This document shows, in pieces, positions 55,464 through 64,000 of a DNA stretch of 64,000 bases. Location of the stretch: positions 827,698 to 891,697 of the forward strand of contig CBDEWE010000003.1 in assembly GCA_965243855.1 (NCBI GenBank), in the 5' to 3' direction. Origin of the DNA: an uncultured Candidatus Binatia bacterium (GTDB lineage Bacteria; Desulfobacterota; Binatia; Bin18). The notes below the pieces were generated by a model. That model saw only the letters and a program-made list of their open reading frames with translations, did not search any database and had not been told where the DNA came from. Each line of letters begins with the position of its first letter. Position 1 is the first letter of the stretch. A program made the position numbers and the translations under genes.

Positions 55464-56728
55464 TGGACAGGCCGATGTGTTTGGCGCTGGATTTTCGCTC
55501 CAAGCTGAGACAGCTTGGCTTCGATGTGTTCATAGCCGCGATCAAGATGGTAAATACGGGAGACCTCCGTCTCACCGCGGGCTGCCAGTCCGGCCAGGAC
55601 CAGCGACACGCTGGCTCGCAAGTCGGTCGCCATGACGGGTGCACCGCTTAAAAATGCGACGCCCTGAATGGTTGCAGTATGGCCTTGGACATGCACGTCC
55701 GCGCCTAAACGGACGAGTTCTTGGGCGTGCATAAAGCGATTCTCGAAAATCGTTTCGGTGATGCTGCTCTGCTCTTCACCCAGGGTCAGCAGCACCATCA
55801 TTTGCGCTTGCAGGTCGGTTGGAAAACCTGGGTAGGGCTGGGTACTGAACTGGACGCCGGTCGGCCGCCCGTTACCCTGGACCCGAATCCCTTCCGGTTC
55901 GTGGCTAACGGTGACGCCTGCGCGCTGCAGGGTATCCAGAAAGCTGGTGAGATGATCAGCACGAGCACCCTGAACCAGAATGTTGCCTGACGTGATTGCA
56001 CCGGCAATAAGAAAAGTCCCGGCCTCGACACGGTCAGGAATAACCTGGTGGCTGACACCGTGCAGTGCATCAACACCCTCAATCACGATTGTCCGACTCC
56101 CCGCCCCATGAATACGAGCACCCATCGCAATAAGCATGGCTGCCAGGTCTTCAATTTCGGGTTCACGCGCGGCATTGTCCAGGACGGTCGTCCCTGTGGC
56201 TAAGGTGGCCGCCATCATGAGGTTCTCTGTCGCGCCGACGGAAGGGAAATCGAGGGTGATGTGCGCCCCTGTCAGCCGGCTGGCCTGCGCTTCGACATAG
56301 CCTTGCCGAATCCGTATAGATGCGCCGAGCTGCTGCAAGCCCGCCAGATGAATATTGACCGGACGGGTACCAATGGCACAGCCGCCCGGTGTTGAGACGC
56401 GAGCTCTGCCAAAGCGGGCTAACAGTGGGCCCAGCACCAAAAACGATGCCCGCATGGTCTTGACCAATTCATACGGCGCTTCAAATTGATCGACCCGCTT
56501 GGCATCGAGCACCACCTCATTTGTACTGAGCCAATCGGCCCGCACCCCGAGTTCGGTCAGCAAGCCCAAGGCGGTCTGGATATCGACCAGACGCGGCACG
56601 CCGCGCAGGGTGCATTCCTCGTGGGTCAAAAGAGAGGTGAAGAGTAGCGGTAAGGCGGCATTTTTCGCGCCGCTGACCGTTACTTCCCCATGCAGGGGAA
56701 TACCGCCTTGAATGAGAATCGTATCCAT
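55460..56728 (-). CDS. murA: UDP-N-acetylglucosamine 1-carboxyvinyltransferase
   Basis: [43 protein letters not shown]. Confidence 0.97.
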   Translation of the reverse strand: MDTILIQGGIPLHGEVTVSGAKNAALPLLFTSLLTHEECTLRGVPRLVDIQTALGLLTELGVRADWLSTNEVVLDAKRVDQFEAPYELVKTMRASFLVLGPLLARFGRARVSTPGGCAIGTRPVNIHLAGLQQLGASIRIRQGYVEAQASRLTGAHITLDFPSVGATENLMMAATLATGTTVLDNAAREPEIEDLAAMLIAMGARIHGAGSRTIVIEGVDALHGVSHQVIPDRVEAGTFLIAGAITSGNILVQGARADHLTSFLDTLQRAGVTVSHEPEGIRVQGNGRPTGVQFSTQPYPGFPTDLQAQMMVLLTLGEEQSSITETIFENRFMHAQELVRLGADVHVQGHTATIQGVAFLSGAPVMATDLRASVSLVLAGLAARGETEVSRIYHLDRGYEHIEAKLSQLGAKIQRQTHRPVQ

Positions 56729-56763
56729 AGAGCCCGTCCCGCTACCTCACCACTCACTACTAC

Positions 56764-57720
56764 TCAACCAGCGGTCTTTTGGAAGACAACCACCCGGTCC
56801 CGGCCAGCGTAGTCCTGCCTGCACGTCCGGAAACGCAGGCGGCGCTGCTTGTGTCCGAGTTGCACCACAGCGTCTTTTTGCGTCTCCCCAATCTCCGCGA
56901 CGAGCCAGCCGCCAGACCATATGTAGTCCGGACTGTCGTACAACAGACGGCCGTAAAAATCGAGCCCGTCCGCTCCGCCGTCCAGGGCGCCCCGCGGCTC
57001 CCATGCTCGGACCTCGGGCTGAAGCGTGTCGAGCACCTGCGAGGCGATATATGGGGGATTGGTCACGAGCAGGTCAAAGAACGGCGCGCCAGGCGGCACG
57101 GGAGCGAGCAGGTCTCCACAGGCAAAGGTGATGCGGTGACCGACCTGATACGTCTGAGCATTCTTTTGGGCAATGGACAGGATTGCTTGTGTCCTATCGA
57201 CCGCCCAAATATGTGCATGCGGCAATTCAGTCGCGAGGGTAACGGCAATGCAGCCGCTGCCTGTCCCCATATCGAGGATGCGTGGGGCGGTTATCCGCGA
57301 CGATGCCAGCAGGCGTATGGCCGTCTCAACGACGACCTCCGTATCGGGACGCGGAATAAGCACGCAGGGGTTGACCTGGAACTCCAGCGACCAGAATTCC
57401 TGGCGGCCGGTGATATAGGCTACCGGCTCGTGTTGGGTCCGGCGGACCACGCTCTGTTGGAAGTTGGTTTTCTGAGAGTCGGTAACTGTCTCTTGGAGCC
57501 GACTGTACAGGCAAGACTTGCTGATGTGAAGCGTATGCGCCAGCAGGACTTCCGCGTCCAAGCGAGGCGTGTCAATATCGGCCGTCTTGAGTCTATTTTC
57601 GGCCCAGGCCACAAGCTGGGCAACCGTCTCAGCACAGGATAAAGAATCCGGCTGGAGATGTGGAGGAATTGTGAGAGGGGTAGGGCGGGTCCGCGCGTTC
57701 TTCACCGGAGACAACCCCAT
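56764..57720 (-). CDS. prmC: Release factor glutamine methyltransferase
   Basis: EPVAYITG, LIPRPDTE, LDMGTGSG, NPPY; follows prfA; start uncertain. Confidence 0.92.
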   Translation of the reverse strand: MGLSPVKNARTRPTPLTIPPHLQPDSLSCAETVAQLVAWAENRLKTADIDTPRLDAEVLLAHTLHISKSCLYSRLQETVTDSQKTNFQQSVVRRTQHEPVAYITGRQEFWSLEFQVNPCVLIPRPDTEVVVETAIRLLASSRITAPRILDMGTGSGCIAVTLATELPHAHIWAVDRTQAILSIAQKNAQTYQVGHRITFACGDLLAPVPPGAPFFDLLVTNPPYIASQVLDTLQPEVRAWEPRGALDGGADGLDFYGRLLYDSPDYIWSGGWLVAEIGETQKDAVVQLGHKQRRLRFRTCRQDYAGRDRVVVFQKTAG

Positions 57721-57730
57721 CGGGCCGAAT

Positions 57731-58813
57731 TCAGTTCGCAGCCTTGAGCATTTCGGCCTGATGCGAAGTGACGAGGGCATCCACAACCGGGTCGAGCTCC
57801 CCATCAAGAACGCGCTCAAGGGTGTGGAGCGTCATATTGATCCGATGGTCCGTCATGCGCGACTGGGGGAAATTATAGGTGCGTATCCGCTCGGAGCGAT
57901 CTCCCGAGCCGACCATGCTCCGCCGTGAAGCCGTGATCTCACTCTGTTGTTCTTCTTGCGCCCGTTCGAGCAGCCGGGAACGCAGAATTTTAAGCGCCTT
58001 GGCTTTGTTTTTGTGCTGCGACTTCTCATCCTGGCAGGAGACCACCAGGTTGGTTGGCAGATGCGTAATGCGGACGGCCGAATCCGTGGTGTTGACACTC
58101 TGCCCGCCCGGACCGGAGGACCGAAAAACATCGATACGGAGATCTTTTTCGTCAATGGCGATATCGACCTCATCGGCTTCAGGCAGGACTGCAACTGTGA
58201 CGGCCGAGGTATGAATCCGTCCAGAAGCCTCCGTCTCGGGAACCCGCTGGACGCGATGTACCCCGCCCTCGAATTTGAGACGGCTGTAGGCATTCTTGCC
58301 CGTGACCATGCTGATGATTTCCTTAAACCCACCCAGACCGGTTGGGCTTGAACTCAACACCTCCATGCGCCAGTTGCGCTGTTCGGCATAATGCGAATAC
58401 ATCCGAAACAGGTTGGCGGCAAACAGACTCGCCTCCTCACCTCCGGTGCCGGCCCGGATTTCAAGAATCACGTTTTTCTCGTCAAGCGGATCTTTGGGAA
58501 GCAGCAGGAGATGGAGTTGGTCTTCAAGCCGGGTCGCCCGTTGGCTCAGCCCTTCGATCTCTTCTTGTGCCAGATCGCGCACCTCCGGGTCGCTATCATC
58601 AAGCAGGGCTCTGCTGCCTTCGAGCTCCTCATGGACTTTGCGCCATTTCCGAAAGCACGTAACGACCTCTTCCAGAGCGGCATGCTCCTTGGCCAGCTTG
58701 GCATACTCCTTGGCGTCACTGGCAACCTCGGGACGGCCTAGCGTGCGTTCTACTTCTTCGTAACGCTTCTCAACCTCAGAGAGTTTTTCGCGCAACGCAA
58801 CGGCTTCACTCAT
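57731..58813 (-). CDS. prfA: Peptide chain release factor 1
   Basis: [21 protein letters not shown] (PxT), [15 protein letters not shown]. Confidence 0.97.
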   Translation of the reverse strand: MSEAVALREKLSEVEKRYEEVERTLGRPEVASDAKEYAKLAKEHAALEEVVTCFRKWRKVHEELEGSRALLDDSDPEVRDLAQEEIEGLSQRATRLEDQLHLLLLPKDPLDEKNVILEIRAGTGGEEASLFAANLFRMYSHYAEQRNWRMEVLSSSPTGLGGFKEIISMVTGKNAYSRLKFEGGVHRVQRVPETEASGRIHTSAVTVAVLPEADEVDIAIDEKDLRIDVFRSSGPGGQSVNTTDSAVRITHLPTNLVVSCQDEKSQHKNKAKALKILRSRLLERAQEEQQSEITASRRSMVGSGDRSERIRTYNFPQSRMTDHRINMTLHTLERVLDGELDPVVDALVTSHQAEMLKAAN

Positions 58814-58841
58814 AATCGTAACTGGGGGCCAGAGCGGAGAC

Positions 58842-58874
58842 AAATATAATAAGGGGCGGTAGAAAACCGCCCCT
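58842..58874 (-). terminator. Intrinsic terminator after rpmE2
   Basis: Minus strand aggggcggt-tttct-accgcccct-tattatattt. Confidence 0.6.
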
Positions 58875-58909
58875 CCGCTCGGTCTTGCTCTGCGTCCGTC
58901 CGACGCAGG

Positions 58910-59185
58910 CTATGCGTCTTCTTCTTTCTTCTTCGGGTCTTGCAACCCATATCTCCGGCGAAAGCGTTCAACTCGTCCTGCTGTATCAACAATGCGTTGT
59001 TTCCCGGTGTAGAACGGATGGGACGCGCTCGAAATATCGAGTTTATACAACGGATAGGTCTTGCCGTCTTCCCACTCAATCGTTTCGTCCGTCTCGATAC
59101 ACGCCCGCGTGAGGAAGGCGAAGTTCGCCGAGGTGTCCTGAAAGACGACATCTCGGTACGTTTCTGGATGAATTCCTGCTTTCAT
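58910..59185 (-). CDS. rpmE2: 50S ribosomal protein bL31 type B
   Basis: [44 protein letters not shown]. Confidence 0.95.
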   Translation of the reverse strand: MKAGIHPETYRDVVFQDTSANFAFLTRACIETDETIEWEDGKTYPLYKLDISSASHPFYTGKQRIVDTAGRVERFRRRYGLQDPKKKEEDA

Positions 59186-59249
59186 TCTCAACCTCCAGCG
59201 GCTAGTATTACCATCTCGTCAGATGGGCCGCAACTCAAGCGAGGAGGAT

Positions 59250-60422
59250 ATGGACGCAGACCGCTTGCACGAGATTCAGCACGCATTGCAAGAGGAAACG
59301 CTCGACGGGTGGCTGTTTTATGATTTTCGGGGCAGTGACCCGCTCGCCTACCGCATTCTCGGGCTGGATGAAGCTGAGCTGTCGACGCGACGCTGGTATT
59401 ACTTCATTCCGGCCGAGGGTGTGCCAATCGGACTCGTTTCCAGCATTGAGCCGTATCGTCTGGATAGCCTGCCCGGACCAAAGCTGCCGTTTTTTACCTG
59501 GCAGCAGCACGCAGAACGCTTAGCCGAGCTGCTGCGCAATCGGCGACGCATTGCCATGCAGTATTCGCCGGGGAATGCCATCCCGTATATCTCGCGTGTT
59601 GACGCCGGCACAATTGAAACTATCCGTCAACTTGGGGTCGAGGTGGTCTCATCCGCGGACCTGGTACAGCGTTTTGAAGCGGTCTGGACCCCAGAGCAAT
59701 GGCAGAGTCATCGCCGCGCGGCCACGGTGGTCCGCCAAACGGTTGATGCCGCCTTTGGCTATTTGAGCGATAACGCGCCGGTGTCTGAATATCAGGTGCA
59801 GCAATTCATCCTGGATTGCTTTGCCCAGCACGGACTGACGACCTACTATCCGCCTGTGGTGGCTGCCAACGCCCATAGCGCGGACCCGCACTACACGCCC
59901 ACGGCCGGGCAGACGGCGCTTATTCAGCCCGGTGACTTTGTGCTGATTGATCTCTGGGCCAAGGAACCGGACGGGGTGTATGCCGATATCACCTGGACCG
60001 GCTTTATGGGCAAGGTTGTCCCCGAGCGCTACCAGGAGATATTTCAACTCGTTCGTGAGGCGCGTGATGCCGCGCTGGCCTTTGTGAAAGAGCGCGTGGC
60101 CAGCGGCCAGACGTTTTTCGGTCATGAAGTTGATGCCGCGTCCCGAAGCGTCATTACCAATGCCGGCTATGGCGACCAGTTTTTTCATCGAACCGGCCAC
60201 TCTATCGGCACGGAAGTCCACGGTAACGGCGCGAATATGGATGGTGTTGAGACCCGTGATACGCGCCGGGTGCTGCCCCATACCTGTTTCTCGGTCGAGC
60301 CTGGTATTTATTTGGCCGGAGACTTTGGGGTGCGCAGTGAGGTTGACGTCTATATTACCGAGAATGAAGCGATTGTGACCGGCGATCCGGTCCAAACAGA
60401 AGTCATCCCCATTCTCACATAA
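59250..60422 (+). CDS. M24 family Xaa-Pro peptidase
   Basis: DGWLFYDFRG, LIDLW..YADITW, HRTGHSIG, SVEPGIY, GVRSE. Confidence 0.9.
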   Translation: MDADRLHEIQHALQEETLDGWLFYDFRGSDPLAYRILGLDEAELSTRRWYYFIPAEGVPIGLVSSIEPYRLDSLPGPKLPFFTWQQHAERLAELLRNRRRIAMQYSPGNAIPYISRVDAGTIETIRQLGVEVVSSADLVQRFEAVWTPEQWQSHRRAATVVRQTVDAAFGYLSDNAPVSEYQVQQFILDCFAQHGLTTYYPPVVAANAHSADPHYTPTAGQTALIQPGDFVLIDLWAKEPDGVYADITWTGFMGKVVPERYQEIFQLVREARDAALAFVKERVASGQTFFGHEVDAASRSVITNAGYGDQFFHRTGHSIGTEVHGNGANMDGVETRDTRRVLPHTCFSVEPGIYLAGDFGVRSEVDVYITENEAIVTGDPVQTEVIPILT

Positions 60423-60436
60423 AGAAAGCTGAGCCT

Positions 60437-60757
60437 ATGGCAAAAGTGTGGTTTATCCGACAGCAAAATCGGTTGATCGCCGTTGGCGGCAAGCCGGCCT
60501 ATGAGCGACCTTTTGAGAGCATTCAGTGGCCCTTGGACATTGGCGTCCATCGGTTTCATACGAACCAGGCTCCCGCGCTTGACTCTAGCCTGCCGACTCA
60601 AAACGTGTCGTCCGCCGATATGGTGCTGGTCGAACTGCAAGGGAGTGATGTTGCTGCCGGGTCGAGCTACAAGGTGGGTTTCTACTCGTCTCCGTATTCT
60701 CCCCACGCAGTTGCCGAGCGGCTCGGCCAACCCTGGGCCGAGGGCTCCACGGCCTAA
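60437..60757 (+). CDS. Hypothetical protein
   Basis: Fills the gap directly after the peptidase; converges with the globin gene. Confidence 0.55.
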   Translation: MAKVWFIRQQNRLIAVGGKPAYERPFESIQWPLDIGVHRFHTNQAPALDSSLPTQNVSSADMVLVELQGSDVAAGSSYKVGFYSSPYSPHAVAERLGQPWAEGSTA

Positions 60758-61194
60758 TCCCGCGTCCGGCACCGTTCCGCGGGAATCGCCAACTGTGCGA
60801 TCAGATACGCCTTGAAGCTTGCAGCGTAGGGCTGTTGCTCCAGCGCCTGTTGCATACAGGACAGCCAGGCGTCACGCTGTTTCGTCCCGATGTGCAGATG
60901 GGCATGCGCGCTCGGAATCCTGATCGGGCCGTATTTTTCGCGATACAGCTTCGGCCCGCCTAACCAGCCGCATAAAAATCGGGCCAGTTTGTCTCGGGAC
61001 TGGGTGAGATCAGCAGGGTGCAGGTCCCGAATTTCCTGGGTTTCGGGCAGCCGTTCCATCAAATCGTAAAAATCATCGACTAACCGCCGAATACCCTTCA
61101 CACCGCCGGCGGCCTGAAAGGAGGCACCGCCGTCGCCAAAGGAGGCACCGCCGTCGCCATAGCCGGGTTTTTCTGTGTGCCTGTGTGCCGTCAT
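60754..61194 (-). CDS. Group II truncated hemoglobin
   Basis: AGG..IRRLVDDFY..FLCGWLGGPKLY..AHAHLHI..RDAWLSCM. Confidence 0.9.
   Translation of the reverse strand: MTAHRHTEKPGYGDGGASFGDGGASFQAAGGVKGIRRLVDDFYDLMERLPETQEIRDLHPADLTQSRDKLARFLCGWLGGPKLYREKYGPIRIPSAHAHLHIGTKQRDAWLSCMQQALEQQPYAASFKAYLIAQLAIPAERCRTRD
61117..61158. repeat. Exact 21-bp in-frame tandem duplication in the globin gene
   Basis: aaaggaggcaccgccgtcgcc x2, encoding GDGGASF x2. Confidence 0.9.
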
Positions 61195-61263
61195 GTCCTC
61201 AGCCCGGATCTTCTGGTATGCTCCCTCGCCTGAGATATATGCCGTTCGGAAAGGATAGTCACC

Positions 61264-62082
61264 ATGTCAGACTTTGATCTCCGTATTTTTTCTTATCTTC
61301 CCAACCCGCGTATTTGGAAGGCCACCATTGCGGCCCGCCTGTGCGATCTCCGCATTGATATCCGAGGCAGTACGCCTCCCGACTTGCAGAACTGGCTGTG
61401 GGATTTTGAGGCTCGCCCGCTGACCGAAGAAGAAAAGACCGCTCCTCAGGAGACGGAACGGCAGGCCCGGGCCGGTTTTTCCGGCCGTTTGTTCAAGACG
61501 GATGCCTTTCTCGAAGCGCATCCGTTTGGGACGGTTCCGGCAGCCTTCAGTCCTGACGGCCAGACCGGGATTTTTGAATCGAACAGTATCATGCGCGCGG
61601 TCGGGCGTTTGGGGCAGGAGACCTATCCGGTGTATGGAACGGATGCGTACTCGGCTGCTCGTATTGATAGTTTTCTGGACGCCAGCCTGGTCTTTGCGCG
61701 CGACTCGCAGATTTATCTCCTGGCCTTAATGGGCGGCAAGCTGACGGCGGATATTCATGCCAGGGCGAACGATGCCTTTGGGATTTATCTCTCCGGCATT
61801 GAGCGGGGACTGACCCCGAACCGGGACTATCTCGTTGGTGAGAGCGTTACCCTGGCAGATATCTGCTTTGTGGCAGAAACTGCTCTGTTCTCCAACGAAA
61901 AGGCCCAGGAAAAGCTATTGGCCGAGAATGGGCTCGACCTGATATTCCATGCCGATGTAGAAGCCGAATATCCGCGAGCGCTGGCGCATTTTACCAAGCT
62001 GTCCGAGCACGAGGCGTTCGCGCCGGATGTCCAACCCTATATGGAGAAGCTGCACAGGCGGATTGAGCGGCAGAGCGCCTAG
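61264..62082 (+). CDS. Glutathione S-transferase family protein (EF1B-gamma-like)
   Basis: SYLPNPR, HPFGTVPA, IFESNSI, YLVGESVTLADI. Confidence 0.85.
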   Translation: MSDFDLRIFSYLPNPRIWKATIAARLCDLRIDIRGSTPPDLQNWLWDFEARPLTEEEKTAPQETERQARAGFSGRLFKTDAFLEAHPFGTVPAAFSPDGQTGIFESNSIMRAVGRLGQETYPVYGTDAYSAARIDSFLDASLVFARDSQIYLLALMGGKLTADIHARANDAFGIYLSGIERGLTPNRDYLVGESVTLADICFVAETALFSNEKAQEKLLAENGLDLIFHADVEAEYPRALAHFTKLSEHEAFAPDVQPYMEKLHRRIERQSA

Positions 62083-62105
62083 GCGAGGAAAAGGAGCCTT
62101 TACGG

Positions 62106-62966
62106 CTATGTCTCCTCGGCCTGTCTCCGACTGTTTCGGTTCAGGGAGACACTTTCAGCCGTCAGGGTTACTAATCTCTTCTTATACAGCGCTCCCAAGG
62201 CTTTTTTATACGTTTTCTTGCTCACCCCGAACCACTGACGGATACACTCGGGCGTACTCCGGTCGGTGACGGGAATCTGTCCGCCGTGTTGTTCCAACGC
62301 ATCCAGAATGGTCGCGCTGATATCCTGGACTTTCGCATACCCCGGCTTATGCAGACAGACGTCAATCTTCCCGTCCGCTCGCACGGTTTTGACAAAGCCG
62401 GTCAGCCGTTGTCCTGTGTGCAGCGGCTGAAAGATATCGCTGGAATGTAACAGCCCCCAGTGTGCACGATTGATAATGACCTTGCGGCCCAGCGTCGTCT
62501 GGGTACAGACGAAGAGGTCAACTTCCTGACCGACGTGGAGATCGGTCGCGGTATCGGACAGAAAGCGGTCGAGTTTTGCCGAGGCGACGACACGCTGACT
62601 CCGCTCATCCAGATAAACTCTGACAATATAGGAGCGCCCCTTTTTCATCGGCGTGTTTTGTTCTCGAAAAGGAACCAGCAGGTCCTTGGGTAAACCCCAA
62701 TCGAGAAAAGCGCCGACCGGTGTCTCAGCGACGACCTTGAGTCGCGCAAAGTCGCCGACCATGGCCAAAGGCGGTTGCGTGGTGGCAATCGGACGGTCCT
62801 CGGAATCCGTGTAGAGAAAAACAGTCAGGCGTTCACCCGTTTGGCAATGAGTGGGAACATATTGCTGGGGGAGTAGTATTTCGCCAAGTTCTCCCGCGTC
62901 GAGATAGACTCCGCTGTAGGTTTCTTTGATGACCCGGAGTTCATTCAACGTGCCGATGTGTACCAT
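62106..62966 (-). CDS. CvfB-like S1 RNA-binding protein
   Basis: EILLP, VFLYTDSEDR, GAFLDWGLPKDLLVPFREQ, FGVSKKTYKKALGALYK. Confidence 0.9.
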   Translation of the reverse strand: MVHIGTLNELRVIKETYSGVYLDAGELGEILLPQQYVPTHCQTGERLTVFLYTDSEDRPIATTQPPLAMVGDFARLKVVAETPVGAFLDWGLPKDLLVPFREQNTPMKKGRSYIVRVYLDERSQRVVASAKLDRFLSDTATDLHVGQEVDLFVCTQTTLGRKVIINRAHWGLLHSSDIFQPLHTGQRLTGFVKTVRADGKIDVCLHKPGYAKVQDISATILDALEQHGGQIPVTDRSTPECIRQWFGVSKKTYKKALGALYKKRLVTLTAESVSLNRNSRRQAEET

Positions 62967-62984
62967 GTGTGGAGAGTCTTCACT

Positions 62985-63968
62985 CTAGCGGGACACAAAC
63001 TCGGGCATGACGTTCTTAACGAAGAGTGCCTGCGTATCAGCGGAGGTCGCTATGAAAACGAAATACGTGATGCCCAGGTCTTCAATGCGCGTAGTGAGGT
63101 CACGCCTGACCTCGTCCGGAGTCCCCATACAGAGCAGCGGTGAGCGGCGCGCCGTCTCCACATCAGGAAAACCCAGGCGGGACGCGATTTTGCCGAACCG
63201 GGGATCGTCTACCGTATTGGACAGACACAGCATGACCATACCTCCGAGCTCGATGCTCTGCGGGTCACGGCCGACTTCACCGACATATTTGCGGAACATG
63301 TCAATCCGCCGTTTGAGTTGGGCCATGTCAAAGGCGACGGTGGCGACCGGGTCGTTCACAAAGTCTTTGCCGTTAAAAATGGGGGGGATGATATTGAGGA
63401 TGTCGGCCTCGGCCGCGGCGATTTTGAGCAGTCCGCTCCCCGAGCCGCCCAGCATGAGCGGCGGACGGGGCTGTTGCACGGGTCTCGGATTATTATACGC
63501 CTTATCGATTGCGTAATACTGACCGTGAAATGTGGGTTCTGCCTGGGTCCACATGGCTTTGAGCACCTGAATAGCCTCGGCCATTTGGGCCAGGCGTTCC
63601 GCGTTGGAGGGATAGGCATAGCCATGGGCGTCGTATTCCGACTGCTGCCAGCCGGCTCCCAAGCCCAGGGTCAGCCGCCCATTACTGACTTGATCCAGGG
63701 TGGACGTAATCTTGGCCAGCAGCGGAGGCGGACGAAACGAGGCGGCGGTGACCGTGGGGGTCAGACGGATGCGGCTGGTCACGGCGGCAACAGCGGTCAG
63801 GGTGGTGAAGCACTCCAACTGCGGGACCTGCGGCGTGCCCAACGGAGAGAAAAAATGATCGTTAAGCGACACCGAATAAAAGTCGTCGTTCTCGGCTTGC
63901 AGCGCAACCTGCTTTGCCGCGGCAAAATCGCCAGTGGGTAAGAACAAACCAAATTTGACATCGTGCAT
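62985..63968 (-). CDS. LLM class (probably F420-dependent) oxidoreductase
   Basis: SLNDHF, RPPPLLAKITSTLDQVSNGR, GAGW..EYDAHG, PVQQPRPPLMLGGSG. Confidence 0.9.
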   Translation of the reverse strand: MHDVKFGLFLPTGDFAAAKQVALQAENDDFYSVSLNDHFFSPLGTPQVPQLECFTTLTAVAAVTSRIRLTPTVTAASFRPPPLLAKITSTLDQVSNGRLTLGLGAGWQQSEYDAHGYAYPSNAERLAQMAEAIQVLKAMWTQAEPTFHGQYYAIDKAYNNPRPVQQPRPPLMLGGSGSGLLKIAAAEADILNIIPPIFNGKDFVNDPVATVAFDMAQLKRRIDMFRKYVGEVGRDPQSIELGGMVMLCLSNTVDDPRFGKIASRLGFPDVETARRSPLLCMGTPDEVRRDLTTRIEDLGITYFVFIATSADTQALFVKNVMPEFVSR

Positions 63969-64000
63969 GCGTCTCTCCTCTGCCTCCCTCTGCCATCTCT

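Overview
A GC-rich bacterial chromosomal segment. The abundance of LLM oxidoreductases, amidohydrolases and hydantoinases, and the prfA-prmC-murA-his order, suggest a Deltaproteobacteria-like lineage such as Binatota or Tectomicrobia; this is inference only. Core content: bioFADB, rpmB-rpmG, moaC, rpmE2-prfA-prmC-murA-hisD-hisB, and hisH-hisA and hisF, with the his cluster split by two insertions. Accessory content: a lipid-storage cluster, six LLM genes, a hydantoinase/oxoprolinase A+A+B cluster, and a catabolic islet with a CamK-like crotonase and a Rieske oxygenase. A visibly AT-richer islet at about 18.5-23.7 kb carries a membrane-anchored Xre regulator, DUF1232, a small membrane protein, a DUF6602 nuclease-like protein, a repeat-containing secreted protein, DUF2442, a TIR protein and higBA. 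The strongest candidate for an undescribed system is the Xre-TM / DUF1232 / membrane protein / DUF6602 unit, whose two promoters each carry a copy of the same 23-bp palindromic operator. Other oddities: an LLM with a Sec-type signal peptide, a WS/DGAT lacking its catalytic His, a perfect 18-bp inverted repeat before bioF, an orphan half of rplX, and an alcohol dehydrogenase collapsed in frame to 52 aa. No rRNA, tRNA, CRISPR array, integrase or transposase was recognised. All family calls come from motif recognition, not database searches.
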